Shown here one piece after another: positions 13,244-27,338 of a stretch of DNA of 64,000 nucleotides. The DNA is from Eledone cirrhosa (Eukaryota). Positions within the stretch are counted from its first letter, which is position 1. The number at the start of each line of letters is the position of its first letter. Under the pieces are notes generated by a model. That model worked only from the letters and a program-made list of their open reading frames with translations, searched no databases and was not told the DNA's origin. The stretch lies in assembly GCA_964016885.1 (NCBI GenBank), contig OZ024742.1, positions 208,754,001-208,818,000 of the forward strand, written 5' to 3'. Both the position numbers and the translations under genes were made by a program.

Positions 13244-13321
<78 letters not shown>

Positions 13322-13323
<2 letters not shown>

Positions 13324-13458
13324 TTATTAAAATAACAGATTAAAGTTTAAGCAAAGAATCGCTGCTTTCACCCTTAACGGGATCTTCTGAAATATATTTG
13401 ATATATATTTATCCTTATCGAGCCTTCTTTGGATTTTAGTCTTCACATTTATTATTAT

Positions 13459-13462
<4 letters not shown>
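13322..13462. repeat. Short (TA)n-flanked module, rearranged copy of the 57212-57595 family
   Basis: Inverted copy of 57433-57503 joined to a direct copy of 57525-57593. Confidence 0.7.
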
Positions 13463-13542
<80 letters not shown>

Positions 13543-13755
13543 TTATCTGTGTGCGTGTGTGTGAATATGCTTGTAGACACCTGAAATATAGCTTAAGAGA
13601 AACTTGACAATAAGGAGAGGCCCCCCAAATTTGAACTTCTTTATAGAATTCTTTCTGCCTTTGTCACTCTAAGTAAATCTTTAAAGAATTAGCTTTTAAA
13701 GAATTCCCTTTTCTTTCAACCAATTACCTCCAGCTATCACACCCACCTACCCTCC

Positions 13756-14166
13756 AATGAAACGAAATTTCATTTCCCACTCTTAGTACGGCTGTTACTT
13801 AACTATAAGTATGTACACGTATATACATATATGTATGCAGACGTTCAACTATCTGGCTGGAAGGTATACGTTGCTGACGATAGCTAATAAGCTTGAAACT
13901 AGTACAGGGTTCCTTTGTCAGTGTTGAACAAACGAGCAACGATGTTTGCTAGACACTCCGGCTTAATACGGGATGTTTGTTTACAAACACACCGAGAATT
14001 ATAATAAATGTTCGGTGAATCCATACGTACATATACATGTGTGTGCATGTATGCATATATATATACATACTACTGTACGTTTGTATACATATATGTATGT
14101 ACGTGTACATACTTATATTTAAGTAACAGCCGTACTAAGAGTGGGAAATGAAATTTCGTTTCATTT
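13756..14166 (+). mobile_element. Non-autonomous element with ~90-bp inverted termini and an internal HHR
   Basis: aatgaaacgaaatttcatttcccactcttagtacggctgttactt occurs inverted at both ends. Internal part matches 38630-38845. Confidence 0.75.
13869..13909 (+). ncRNA. Minimal type I HHR, stem I partly decayed
   Basis: tg-CTGACGA-tagct(aata)agctt-GAAAC-TA-GTA-ca; same family as 38654-38696. Confidence 0.7.
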
Positions 14167-14484
14167 TTTTCCATTTATATATATATATACATGTGAAATT
14201 AATACATGAGAATGAGTACTGAATACCAAATTAGAGTTTATATATTCTTTACTATGGCTACATGGTACATCTTATTACACTGCATCTTCATCTTTGTCCT
14301 CGAAATATCATCAGGCAAGAACCTTAACTGATTATCCTGAAAATGTACAGGTGAATCTCCCGAGTAACAAGGCTCACCACTTAACCATAATAAAGAATAT
14401 ATATATATATATATATAAGGCTAAATAATCTTTTCACAACCTAGGTGGGTGTAAAAGAACAGTCTCATCTCTTGTAAATTAATT

Positions 14485-14670
14485 GTTCCTACTTTTGGCA
14501 CAAGTCCAGAAATTAATCCAGTGCATTACTGTTACTTTATTTTATCGACCCCGTAAGGATGAAAGGTAAAGTTAACCTTGGCGGTATTCGAACTCAGATC
14601 ATAAAGGGCCGTAACTCCATGCTGCAACACATGTCGTCAGACGCTCTCCCGATACTGCCAATCCATCGTC
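14485..14670 (-). mobile_element. tRNA-derived SINE (octopus-like family)
   Basis: A-box-like TGGCAGTATCGG, B-box GAGTTCGAATACC, and core ctttcatccttacggggtcgataaaataaagt. Copies occur elsewhere in the window. Confidence 0.85.
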
Positions 14671-17600
14671 GTTGTAAAATAATGCGGCGATGTTTCATTC
14701 GAAATTGATGCTCAATATTTGGAACAAAATAGATGATGTATACATGCTGGAAATTTTGATGAAAGCACCGTGTTATACATATATGTAATAATTCCCAAAT
14801 GCATAATGTCAAAGAGGTTTGATGTCATACCTATGACGTATAACAAAATATACAGATGTGTGCCAGTGTCTAAGTAAATAAGCAGTATACCAATCGATTT
14901 CTACTAAGCGCAGGATGAAAATTCAGTAATTACTATCTAGCTACATAATATGAGTCTGTTTCCGATATGAACTATGTACATCTGTAGTATTTATCCATGT
15001 GCAGATTTACACTCACTACTTCATGTTAAAGAAATATATCACTTGATTTATCAGTATCAAAACTATAATTAATTAATGTGATACAAATTATTTTAAAAGA
15101 TGTTAATCTACAACACAGTGTGGGAACTATATATAATGGATTGCTAGAACAAAGTGAATTATGAAGGATACATTAGAGCAATGTTGGTGAGATACCAAGT
15201 GGCTTCGATTCTTTACACTCGTAAAGTTTTAATGAGTATATCCATAATGAACAAAATAAATATCACAGAAATAATTCTTTTATAATAATTTTAAAAATCA
15301 TTTACTTTGTTGTTCACTAAAATTTCTTATAAAAATAAAACATCACAGTAGCACAACATGGATAATAGAAAAACATGAAGGAAAATATATAAAGCAGCTA
15401 AGGCAAGCTAAAAATATTATTTTTACGCAGCAATTGTTTTTTCGTTTTCTTTACAATAAAGAAAACATTTGCTCTTAGATTACAGTACTATTTAACTTTA
15501 ATTCACTTTGCACAAGCATTCTATCGATCTTGTGTTTTAATCAAATCAGTTTAACAATTCACTTAATGAATGGGACACTTATTTAGTTGCTCGATCTTTG
15601 ATTTCATTTTTTATGACATTGAAAAATACATAGTCATTATTTTGTGATAGTGCAATCATTAATTATTATTATTCAGTAGTATTTAAATGAATATTGATAC
15701 TTCTATTGGTATACATCATATAATAATAACAAAATGAAAAATTAACTAAAACAAGAGAGAGTTGATATTTTATTTAAAATATATCAATATCAGCAGCAAC
15801 AACGACAAGAACAACGGTAAAACCACAGCAATGTCAATATAACAGCAAAACCTTTAAAAGTTAAGATTATCAACTATGTCCAAATCACAAGGGCAAGCAT
15901 AAAATCGCATAATTTATTATAGAAATGGAGTGGTGGGTTTGTAAGGAGTATTACGTGTTAGCCACAAATAAATACATGAACATGAGATATTGATTTCAAC
16001 ATAACTATACGCATATTATAATAACCACGTATGAGCGGTTGATCTGTAAAACTTTGAAATATTTCGCTATCAGCCATTTCCTCGCAGTTATCAGCCTCTA
16101 TGGTTAAATGATGATGGATGTTGCTCCAAACACATGAAATAAAACCAGCTACCATGAGGCTAAGCGTATTAGAATTGTTATTAAATTAAGAGAACGATTA
16201 AAGAAACCTAAACGTTGGTGAGGATCATAGCTATCTTTGCGGTTTGTTACGTTCTATTCGAATCTGGTGAGTGGAACGTAATTAAAAACAAAATTCTACT
16301 GAAAATTTAATTAAATGTAAGGTCTTCATGGAAAGTTATTTATGAACAGTAGACAAAATCAAAAAAATCCAATTAGTAACAGAGAAAAAATACTGATTGT
16401 TTTGCTAAATCGCTGTTTCTAAATTGAATTCATACAAATGTATTGTGCTGTGGTTGTTGTTGAAATTAATGCTATTGTTGGTGCCTGTCTTTGTACGAAT
16501 GATGGTACTGTAGTATTCTTTAACATCAATAAGATTATGAACCATGATTCGAGACTTTCAAATTAATTAATAGAAATCCTATAATTATCAATCGGTATCT
16601 AAGCAATGATTAATTTGTTTTCAATCTATTTACTTTTCCACGCCCCAATGAGAATAACATGTCATTCTTTATACTTTAAAATATAGGATTCCAATCTTGT
16701 CTTAACTCTTTTATTTGTACAACAAATCCTTCACAATTTATTTAAATACTGGCAATATTTGCTGGTATAAAAACATATCTGTTCATCGTGGATGTTACGT
16801 CTTATTGTCGGTGATAATTTTATCAAATATTCATTATATTCAAAATTAGTGGATATTTTGTCAGCTTGGTATGTGTATTTCAATATAAGGACACCCTTGT
16901 CATTTATAGCTTTAAATGCCTTGAATTCTATATAAGAACCATTCTCCTTTTCTGGTGAATATTTTACACGGTTAGTTTATTTGCTTGGAATTTATATCTG
17001 TCAAGTTTCTGAGTGTGAGGAGAAAACTACCTACGAATATACATGTGATTTGTTTTTGATTTAGAGATAATATATGATTGGGGAAATAGAAGTCTCAAAA
17101 TAAATTAATCTACGTCCAAAATTTTAGAGTTATTCCACCTATTATCATTGATACCCGATTACATTCTCGTCCCCATAAGCAAAAAAGCCAACAAAATGTG
17201 CATACGATAACTGCAAGTATATCAAGGAACACTATGCTACTTTAGTTTTGTTTATACGTTTACTACAATAGAATGTATGTAGCCATCAGGCTATAAAATT
17301 GTGTATAAATTTACTAAATTCTATTTATTATCCTGTAGATAATTTTTATCGTGTGGATAATTTTTTGCTTGATTTGTTAAAACTAGCGGCCAAAATTCCC
17401 GCAAGCCACATCCTAACATTCTTAAATATGATGCGCGCAATGGAAAAATATTGAAAGAAATGATGAGATGGTGATACACTATTTTGAAATAAATGTGACA
17501 CTTAAAAATTGACAAAAACTTATGTGCATGTCGAATCTCATTTTACGATGAGGAAAATCAAATCTCATGTAAAAGTTAAACTACATCAAAGCAGAATGTA

Positions 17601-18046
17601 ATTTAAATTGTTTAGTCTGATGATCGAAATTATGATAACAATTTTCACGAAAAGCGCTCTACAAACTCGGTGGCTAATCTAATACAAAAATTCTATTGTG
17701 AGCATTAATTTTTAACTCATAAATCCTGCATTAAGAATCGATCTAATCGATGATTTTCAATACAGTTTCTGTTTCCTAAAATCTACTCATAAGACATTCG
17801 TTGACCAGAGGCAATGATACTAGTCCCCAGACGTACGCTTGAATAGAAATCGCTTCGGAAGAACAAATACCAATAATTGAAAAATGCAGAGAAGTTTAGC
17901 GTGGCTTCTCTGGAAGGATGACTTTAAAATTCGCGAAATGTCTCGTAATTTCCCAAGAGGGCAGTCCCATTGCATAGCCACAGCTCACTAGCTCGAACCA
18001 GGAAAAGTGGACGGAGAGAACATAAACATTTCAAATTTAAATAAGG

Positions 18047-18077
<31 letters not shown>

Positions 18078-18138
18078 CACACACACATATATATGTGTGT
18101 ATGTTTATATATGTATATATGTGTGTGTGTGTGTGTGA

Positions 18139-18174
<36 letters not shown>

Positions 18175-18440
18175 ATATAGAACAAACAGCCAGCTAGTGA
18201 CAAATAAATAAACACATAAAAGTAAATAAAACACATAACACACCCGGATGTAACACATGCGCAGACACAGCACACAACACACAAAAAACATAATGGTGTA
18301 GGACAAACCAACGTAGAGAGACAAAATAAAAAACCCAGTCACTGTGTAGGTCACAGAATGTGTGACGAAAGAGCTTTGACAATATATAAACAATCATCCG
18401 GTTATCGAACCAGCCAGCCAACCAGAAATTTGGTTCTTTA
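18175..18440 (+). repeat. PLE terminal-repeat fragment homologous to 37390-37620
   Basis: Shared cacccggatgtaac, aatgtgtgacgaaagagctttga and catccggttatcgaacc. Confidence 0.7.
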
Positions 18441-18489
18441 TGTAGCAGGGAAGAAATTGGTTGCTGAGCGCAGTTTCAGTTTGAGTGTG

Positions 18490-18612
<123 letters not shown>

Positions 18613-18730
18613 ACACGTAGGTGTCTCAGAGTCTTATGTAGTTGCGTGCGTGTGTATGAAGGGGGTGCATTACCTCCAAATAATTCTTCCTCTTCTTACA
18701 CTCAATAATATTTGTATTTCTTTCATTATA

Positions 18731-18767
18731 TTTCCTGATGAAGGACTAACGTCTGAAACGTTAAGAC
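18731..18767 (+). ncRNA. Decayed minimal HHR motif
   Basis: CTGATGA-aggac(taac)gtct-GAAACGTTA-aga with palindromic AACGTT; stem I is imperfect. Related minus-strand copy at 32664-32700. Confidence 0.55.
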
Positions 18768-19236
18768 ACTTTCCCTATTACATCAAGCGTTAAACTGATA
18801 TGTATCTTTATTGTGCTATACTTTTTTCCATGGCCTGTTTATTAGTTTACTTTTCGCAAATATATATATATTCTCTGAGTTAAAATCTGATATTATTAAT
18901 TTGAAATAACGTCGTATAGTGAGCATCAGACATTCTTCCAAGTTAGTTAGGCTGCTTTTTAAATAGGGTTACAGTTACCATCGAATATCGAGCCATTCTC
19001 TAAAACAAGTTGTGGCCATATCAATACTGATCAAATATGAACGTACGACAAAATAGATGGAGTCATTAGGAATTTGTAACTGTTTGTCATCCTTTATTTC
19101 CTTAATATTAAGACATGGTGAATACGAAAGGGAAACGTTCTTTAAGACTTTAAGCCGCAACTTTCCTTCGGAACCCTTTCACTGTGCGGTTACGGTTAAG
19201 TTTCTGTTAGCATACGAGGATGGGTATGAAGGGATA

Positions 19237-19312
<76 letters not shown>

Positions 19313-19894
19313 TGGAGTAGTAGTAGTATATCGTTGCTGTTGTTGTTTTTCTGCTGGTATTCCTCGGCGTAAGTCAGCGTCAGATTTAGATGCTAATTGT
19401 CTCAGAATCAAAATGATTTCGATTTGACAAAACCACGAACCCCTGCAAAGAAAATTATTTCGATTATATTCCAATGTGCGTAGTGATTTCTTGACAATAT
19501 TTACACTGAGCCCCAGGACATCGTTGAATTAGGAATTATAAGATGACGAGCGTTACATATAATTTTCTGCCTAGCAGGAATGCCAAGTGCGGTTATTATA
19601 TCTTTCTATGGAGTTAAAAAATAATCGTAATATCATATATTACAATATTGTTAGAATGTGCATTGTCACTGGTGAACATCTGCTTTTGATGGTTCTTCTG
19701 CATCAATGAAAGAATGCTTTTCTGCTCTACATTATAACAACACATTATATGATTTCAACGTAACATTTTAGTTATGTTCCTACAACTGCAGCAAGCCCTG
19801 CTAAAAACAGCAAACCATGACAACAACAAATCCAACTACAACTACTATCAATAATAATAATAATAATAATAGTAATAATAATAATTATTATTAT

Positions 19895-20080
19895 TATTTC
19901 TACTTTGGCACAAGGCCAGGAATTATCCCAGTGTATTACTGGTACTTTATTTTATCGACCCCGTACGGATGAAAGGCAAAGTTAACCTCGGCGGGATTTG
20001 AACTCAGAATGGCAAAAACTGTAACTCTATGCGTCAAAGCAAGGCGTCCGACTCTCTACCGATACTGCCAATCCAGCTTC
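19895..20080 (-). mobile_element. tRNA-derived SINE
   Basis: Same A/B boxes and core as 14485-14670. Confidence 0.85.
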
Positions 20081-20089
20081 AATAATAAT

Positions 20090-20600
20090 AATAATAATGA
20101 TTTCTTTATTGGCCACAAGGGTTGACACCAAGAAAAACATTACAGACGGCACAGGACGGTACAGGACGGTACGATGTGGGTTTTGTTCGTGTAAAGATTT
20201 TTATTATTTATATAAGAAAAGAAAAAGAAAAAGAAAAAGACATAGAAACATATATATATATAAACAATGCTTTCTTTATTAACCACAATGGTTTACACAA
20301 AGTATGACAATAAGAAAAATACAGGACAATACAGGACGGTACGAATGGGCATTTCTGCGTGTAAAAAAAAACAGAGGATGTAACAAAAAAAGAAACAAAA
20401 AATTCCCCAAAAGGGGGGAGATTTCCGAGGTACATTCGTGGAGAAAGCCCATTAAAAAAGCCACGGTGACCCTGACAATCAGGGCAAGTGCCCTCTCCCA
20501 GTTTTCCACCTTCAATTTACAGACACATACACGGCCATTCTTGCCTCTCTCACCCATCTTTCAACAAAATGCTGGGAAGAGAGCACTTCTCTCTCTACCC
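20090..20600 (-). mobile_element. Tx1/L1-type LINE 3' end
   Basis: Reverse complement closely matches 50230-50640, with an (ATT)n tail. Confidence 0.85.
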
Positions 20601-20616
20601 TTATTAAATAGTATAA

Positions 20617-20658
20617 ATATGACAAGCTTCGGCCTATTTTACGGCCTCATCAGTAACC
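20617..20658 (-). ncRNA. Decayed HHR-like motif
   Basis: Reverse complement: CTGATGA-ggcc(gtaaaata)ggcc-GAAG-ctt-GTC. A15.1 is mutated and stem I does not pair. Confidence 0.45.
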
Positions 20659-21099
20659 GTTTACTAATATCTGGCCAACAACAGAATAATAACTTATTTA
20701 TGGTATCAATTCAGTATCTTTAAAACCTTGGGCGCATTAAATATTGTAGACCTACTTACAAGAGAAGGACACATTTGAGTATATAATACTGGATCAAGAT
20801 TGCTTTTGATTATAGAATACTGACACAAAGTTTGGCTCTGAGCATATTAAGTGAAGGTGTTTTCCTTGCGATGTATACTTTTGGGCAACAATCATAGGTT
20901 ACTTGTAATTAATTTTTTATCGCGTCTAATGTTACAGTTTATGTGAACAAAATCTGTTAATTTCCAGTTGAATACCAGAGAATCCTATTTTGGTTGGGAC
21001 TGAAAATATTTGAAATAGTACAAATGGTATCTTTTCTATGATGAAATGAAATGAAATATCTATTCTTGTTTGATCAAAAGGAGGATAAAGATGTCTAGT

Positions 21100-21350
21100 G
21101 TTGCTCCTTGTCTACAACACATTTCAGACGACATCAACCAAAGGCGTTCATTCTCGAGCAGCTCAAGATTCACGACCCAAGATCCTCGGAGTGACGGAAT
21201 GAACTACACGGGAGTGAATGACACCAAAATGACGAACGAGAGTGAAATGGAGAGACGAACTTATTCATCATTTACAACTCGAGTGGCCGGGACTGATCCA
21301 TGTCCGACGTCGCTGGAGGCAATCCATGGATGAATTCCTACTGTGATAAT
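21100..21350 (+). mobile_element. Decayed RTE 3' fragment
   Basis: An alternative frame reads ...RTRVKWRDELIHHLQLEW...RRRWRQSMDEFLL with stops, matching the RTE C-terminal W-rich pattern. Confidence 0.5.
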
Positions 21351-23009
21351 GCCCTGATGAAATGAAACATCTAATCTTGTTAGTTCGAAACGAAGAAAAG
21401 ATGTCTTCATTTGTCCATTGTCTGCAAAACTCAGCCTTCCGATGTCGATAAAATAAGTACTGGTTAGTTACTATACTCAATGAAATTGACTTTCTGCTCC
21501 ACACGAAACTATTGGCCTTGTACCTAAATTATTATATATTATTAGTTTGCCAACTTATTTTTGCTTCTTCTCTCTATATGTATGCCTTTATCTCTCTTTT
21601 ATTCATTCGGTTTTCTATAATATTTATGTTACTTTTGCAATATAGTTTTATTCAAATCATTCTTCGTTTTGTCATTCATTTCATATTATTTTTTATAGTT
21701 AACTTGGCTTCGTTTATCTGTGGGCATTTTCGACCAGATTTTTGTTGTTTCTGTTCAGTCATTACACACTAACATTTCTTTATAAATATCGATGTTTCTT
21801 TACAATCAGGTTTATGGTTTCTCCTTTAATTCACACGATTTCAACATTATTCTCTTTCCATCCTTATTAATCATTATAAAATGAATATATATGTCCTTAA
21901 GCTCTTTCTCTCTTAATGAAAAAGCAGAAATATAGGTCAATGAATTGTATAGTTGAATAGATTTTGTATGTTGCCTATTACACAGTTCGCTATTTGCAAT
22001 TCTATCCTGGGATATTTGATATAAAACGTATAATTATATTAATTACACTAATCTTTGAATTTATGACTATTTTTGCACATGTACACCACATCCACCGTTT
22101 GCTCCGGAAAGTTATGAAGTTTTCTATGAATTTTATTTAAAAGTTTCTTAACAATTGCGAAACTTTAGTTTTAATTAACACAATGTCATTTACTAGGTAA
22201 TCAGTGAAGCATTGCATTGAATTTATATGGCTTTTTGTAAATACTCATCTGCCCTAGGTTTAATATGTCTATAAAATAGATATTGATATTGAAAGTACAT
22301 AATAAAGACAACAAGATTAAAGTAAACAAGATTATGAGATGGATTTTTCTTAGGGTTTTGTAATATATATTTTGTAATATCATTTTAAAATAGCTGATTG
22401 AACCAGTTGATTGTATGATAAGCAGCTATTATACAGATCCCTACCCCCAAACAAATAAAGTGTAAGTTGAATATGAATGAAACAGAAAATATAGAATTAT
22501 GTAATATACTTTTGCTAAACATGTAGATTGATCCACTACCCTGAACAGCAACTCGTTACTAGCTTGATGGGCATGTTTATTATTTAAAATCATCTTTAAT
22601 TAGAGGTATTACTCTTCAATAAGTAAGAATTAGAAGTCAAATACATTTAAAACTAGAGCATAACAATTGTGACATGAATCTAAATCATCGCGATGTAATT
22701 TGGATTTTCAAGCATATGTTTTAAGTAAACACTCATTTCCGAAACATAGGTAGTATGGTTATACCACCGGATTTCTTTCCTATGAAAAGGAACAAGAGAC
22801 TAGTTTCAGTATTTTCTTCTTGGAGTCAACCTGAGAGAAAAAAAACATTGGATTTAACAACAGTATTAACTAAACTCACACGCTCTTAAGTTTGACTTAA
22901 ATATATATCTCCCTAACGGTGTATAGCATTCTAGTTAACTCACCTAAATCGTAACCCCCACAAAAAAACTAGATATTCAGTCAAGTCTATAGCAAATGTT
23001 CGATAATAT

Positions 23010-23050
23010 CTGATGATGAGTTTGTAATAGCTTTACAAACTCATCATCAG
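23010..23050. repeat. Perfect 18-bp hairpin beginning with CTGATGA
   Basis: ctgatgatgagtttgtaa-tagct-ttacaaactcatcatcag. Confidence 0.85.
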
Positions 23051-23532
23051 TAAGACTTTCAAGAAACTACTACTTTTATACACTCTGACATTCCTGCTTA
23101 TTCTAATAACATATTACGATATTAGATATGGTCTTATACGATCGTAAATTCTATTTACTAATTTTATTTATACTTTACCAAAATATATTTTTTATTTCAT
23201 TTCTTTATCCCTCTTTATACATGGTAGAACGATTGCTTGAGAGCTATGAACAGAGTATTTTCATTAATTAATTTGGCGCCAGTAAGCAGCATCCGATTGG
23301 TGTCAATTTCTGATGCATAAATCATTTCAAATCTACTCGGCCTCAAGGTTGTGTTGGAATCCAGAAAATACTATCTAAATTTGAAGGAAGTGGTTCAACA
23401 GAAAATGAATGAGCTGGAACATGATATTTTAAAAATAAATTACTATATAGGTGTACACAATACAGACATTTGTTTCTTCTTTTCCCCCCGTCTCTCTCTC
23501 TCTCTCTCTCTCTCCCCCTCTCTCTCTCTCTC

Positions 23533-23597
<65 letters not shown>

Positions 23598-24570
23598 TAC
23601 TCCCTCTATTCCTCTCACATCAATGTAAGTCTATGTAGGTTTTCCTATCTGTAGTAAAAGAAAAAGGATAAAAGAATAGAGAATTATGTATAAATACGCA
23701 TTTGAATGGATGTGATTGTCTGTAAGTGTAGAAAAGGTCTATAGATATGTGTGTTGTGAATGCAATCATATATATATATACATAAATACACCAACATACA
23801 AACACAATTATTTGCATGAATACATAAAAACGCATGACATAAATATTGTCAGGTAATGATGGACATATGTATTACATATTGAAGATCATGTGATATATAT
23901 TTGATTAGTATAGCAGTTTTATAAGAAATGTACCCAATACGTATTTTGGAGAAGTAAGAATATTCATGTATACCAACGTAAGACCGACTAACTGCTGAAT
24001 GGGATCCGTCATCTGGCTGCTATAGAAACACTACAACATTTATATTATCTTTAAATCTTTAACGCATATTCATAGCAAATGTATATATTTCTTATTACAG
24101 CCTGCTCATCTAAAGTGTTTGAAACGTTATGAGGTTATGGTTACCCGTTTTCTTACAGGGATTTATTAATGGGGGAAAATGAAGCAAATGTGAAATCCTT
24201 TCTCTTTTATTAGACAATAATTGATAAATAGCTAAGAGTCGAGTAATTGATGGTAGTTAATATGATAGGGATAAGAACTATGATAGATAGGACTATATCC
24301 AATAAACTATATGGCCACCTCTAGATCATCAACGTATTTGTTGACAAAGAGCTAAATGTTATCGAGAAAATAAGCCCGTTCTTATTCAGTAACGTAGAAT
24401 TGATAGAAGAAGAGAATATAATGCATTTGAATGTCGTAGGTAGATCTAAAGACAAAACTGCGTAAAAAACACCTTTATCTACATATTGCAATCCATAAAC
24501 CTAGACTTTCAAAGATGAAATGATTAAAATACATATCTAATACAAATAAATAAGTGAATGTATATGTTAA

Positions 24571-24652
<82 letters not shown>

Positions 24653-24738
24653 TAAGAGTGAGAAATGAAATTTCGTTTCATTTTTCCCGTTTATATATAT
24701 ATATATATATGTAACCATATATATATATATATATGTAA

Positions 24739-24790
<52 letters not shown>

Positions 24791-24841
24791 GGTTACATAT
24801 ATATATTTATTTGTATTAGATATGTATTTTAATCATTTCAT

Positions 24842-25110
<269 letters not shown>

Positions 25111-25177
25111 CTACCTAACTCGTCCCATGGACTGAGTGCTCTACCACTACGGATATTACCTTCCAGTGTTCCACCAC

Positions 25178-25208
<31 letters not shown>

Positions 25209-25274
25209 GAAGAGAGAAGAAACATTTAGATATAATTAGTAATAAAATGTATCATACCTAAACTGCTCCTAAAT

Positions 25275-25364
25275 TCCTCGACTACGTAGTTTCGTGGCAT
25301 AAACAAAAACAATATATCATAAAGATATAGAGTCCCTGCGAGGTCTGCCGACTTATCAAGAGGA
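25275..25364 (-). ncRNA. Type I HHR, U3-A8 core (copy 1)
   Basis: Reverse complement: tcctc-TTGATAA-gtcggca...tgccac-GAAAC-tacgta-GTC-gagga. Confidence 0.85.
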
Positions 25365-25869
25365 TACCTCATTTTACTAGTCTCAAGAACGCGTCTACAC
25401 GACGTGAGAAAGAATCCCAAAAGGCGGAGGGGGAGATAGTCACGCGATATAACGGTTGAGAAACAGAGCTAAGCCTCTTATAACCACGAAGAAAATACCA
25501 CGGAGGCGGAGGGGGTATTCATATCGAGGCCGCAGAAGAGGTGGTGAAGAAGGCTAGAAGTATGAGTAATGGAAGCTTTCCAGTTGTCCCCACACCTCAA
25601 AGATTGCTCGACCAGAGGGAGTTATTAACAATATATTTAGAAACACACAGATACATGCGGACACACACATATATACATGAATGCATCCGCACCCAACTGT
25701 GAGTTGAGGGTGCCAACTTCACCGATGTTGCTCAATGAATGACCGGGACAGACCAATTCAGTTGAACCAGACTGAACCAGTATCAGAGTTAAAAATACAT
25801 TATGAAGAGAGAAGAAACATTTAGATATAATTAGTAATAAAATGTATCATACCTAAACTGCTCCTAAAT

Positions 25870-25959
25870 TCCTCGACTACGTAGTTTCGTGGCATAAACA
25901 AAAACAATATATCATAAAGATATAGAGTCCCTGCGAGGTCTGCCGACTTATCAAGAGGA
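25870..25959 (-). ncRNA. Type I HHR, U3-A8 core (copy 2)
   Basis: Same sequence as copy 1, offset by 595 nt. Confidence 0.85.
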
Positions 25960-26027
25960 TACCTCATTTTACTAGTCTCAAGAACGCGTCTACACGACGT
26001 GTGTGTCCGCATGTATCTGTGTGTTTC

Positions 26028-26091
<64 letters not shown>

Positions 26092-26096
<5 letters not shown>

Positions 26097-27245
26097 GAGG
26101 GTCATATTGTTGTAATAATATTGCCAGAAATAATAACAGAACACACTCACTGTTTGGTTGGTTTTCGCTTCTGTATCTTTTATATCTACACAGTTAATTC
26201 ATATGATCCTCAATGTTTATCATTGACTGACCAACGGTCAAAAATACAGATATAATATAGATATAAACACATATATAAACACACATATATATAGTCTAAC
26301 AAAGGTTCTTTCGTTGCAAATCTGCAACATCATCAGTGGTACTATTATGTTCCTCCTGTTGTATTGTATGTCTACGCCATTTTTATTTTATTTGTTTATT
26401 TATTTTTGTCTTCTTCTCTGCGCATGCGTTTGCGTGTGTGTATAGTGTTTGGTGTGTGTTCGCGTTTGGGTGACTGTGTTTTGCTTATTGTATTCTATCT
26501 TAGTTTATTAGTGTGTGTTTATATGTGTTTGTTGTTATTGTGTATATATTTATTTATTTATATTTATTTTAAGTCAGTATTGTTTGGGTGTTGTTGTTAT
26601 TCCATTCAATTTTTCTGTTTAGCTTTGGCCTTCTAAGCTCTATTTCGCTTACCACTCTGGTTCGCTTATCTGCTGGGTAATTTCTATGTTTAGATATCAT
26701 TTTAATTTCTATGTTGTCTATGTTGCCGTCATGTTGTTGTCTGGCGTGTTTGTATAGTACTGAAACGATTTTTCTTCCTTTTAATTCCCCCCAGTGTTGA
26801 TCTACACTGTCCCTTATGCTTCGGGCTGTCTGGCCTATGTATGTTATTGTCATGTTTCTGCAAGTACCCTGTGTACAGCTTATGCTATAGACAGTACGTT
26901 GCTACAGTTTATCTGGGGATTTACTTTACAGTTTATCTGGGGGTTTACTTTACATATAACACATTTCCTATTAGTACAGTGGGTTTTCTTAAAAGGTTAT
27001 GTTTTGCTGATCAGGGATTTTATGGTAGTACCTGGCTTTTCTACCACTTTAATATTTAAGTGGGTCTTTCTCAGGGACTTTCTACACTGGTTAGCTAATT
27101 TCCCTCCAGGGGTAACGTCCATGACACTCTACCATCTTTGGTTGTCGTACCATGAGGTGACTTTCCCTATCTTATTATCTTATGTTTAGTCCTATCTAAG
27201 CTATTCCATGATTTTCTCCTGTATAATGGACAAATTGCTATCATG
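26092..27245 (-). mobile_element. Decayed PLE 3' part (GIY-YIG plus terminal repeat)
   Basis: TYIGQTARSIRDSVDQHW...SVLYKHARQQH...KLNRKIEW. HHR-like CTGATGA-tgttgca(gatt)tgcaac-GAAA at 26298-26340; (TA)n flanks. Confidence 0.75.
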
Positions 27246-27248
27246 TAC

Positions 27249-27337
<89 letters not shown>

Positions 27338-27338
<1 letters not shown>

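Larger units (their letters stand above)
25203..26032 (-). mobile_element. Retrozyme-like non-autonomous element with two ~200-bp direct repeats, each holding an HHR
   Basis: Repeats ~25204-25405 and ~25799-26000 are apparently identical. A short inverted copy of 25631-25667 lies at 26000-26035; (TA)n flanks; no ORF. Confidence 0.85.

Noticed and set aside
14485-14670. tRNA gene
   Set aside because: A and B boxes are present but there is no cloverleaf; this is the head of a multicopy SINE.
15958-16155. 65-aa ORF in unique AT-rich DNA
   Set aside because: No recognisable domain or supportable splice structure.
21070-21333. 87-aa ORF as a host exon
   Set aside because: Another frame shows a decayed RTE C-terminus.
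21350-21375. CTGATGA-aat-GAAAC
   Set aside because: No room for stem II and no stem I; a chance match.
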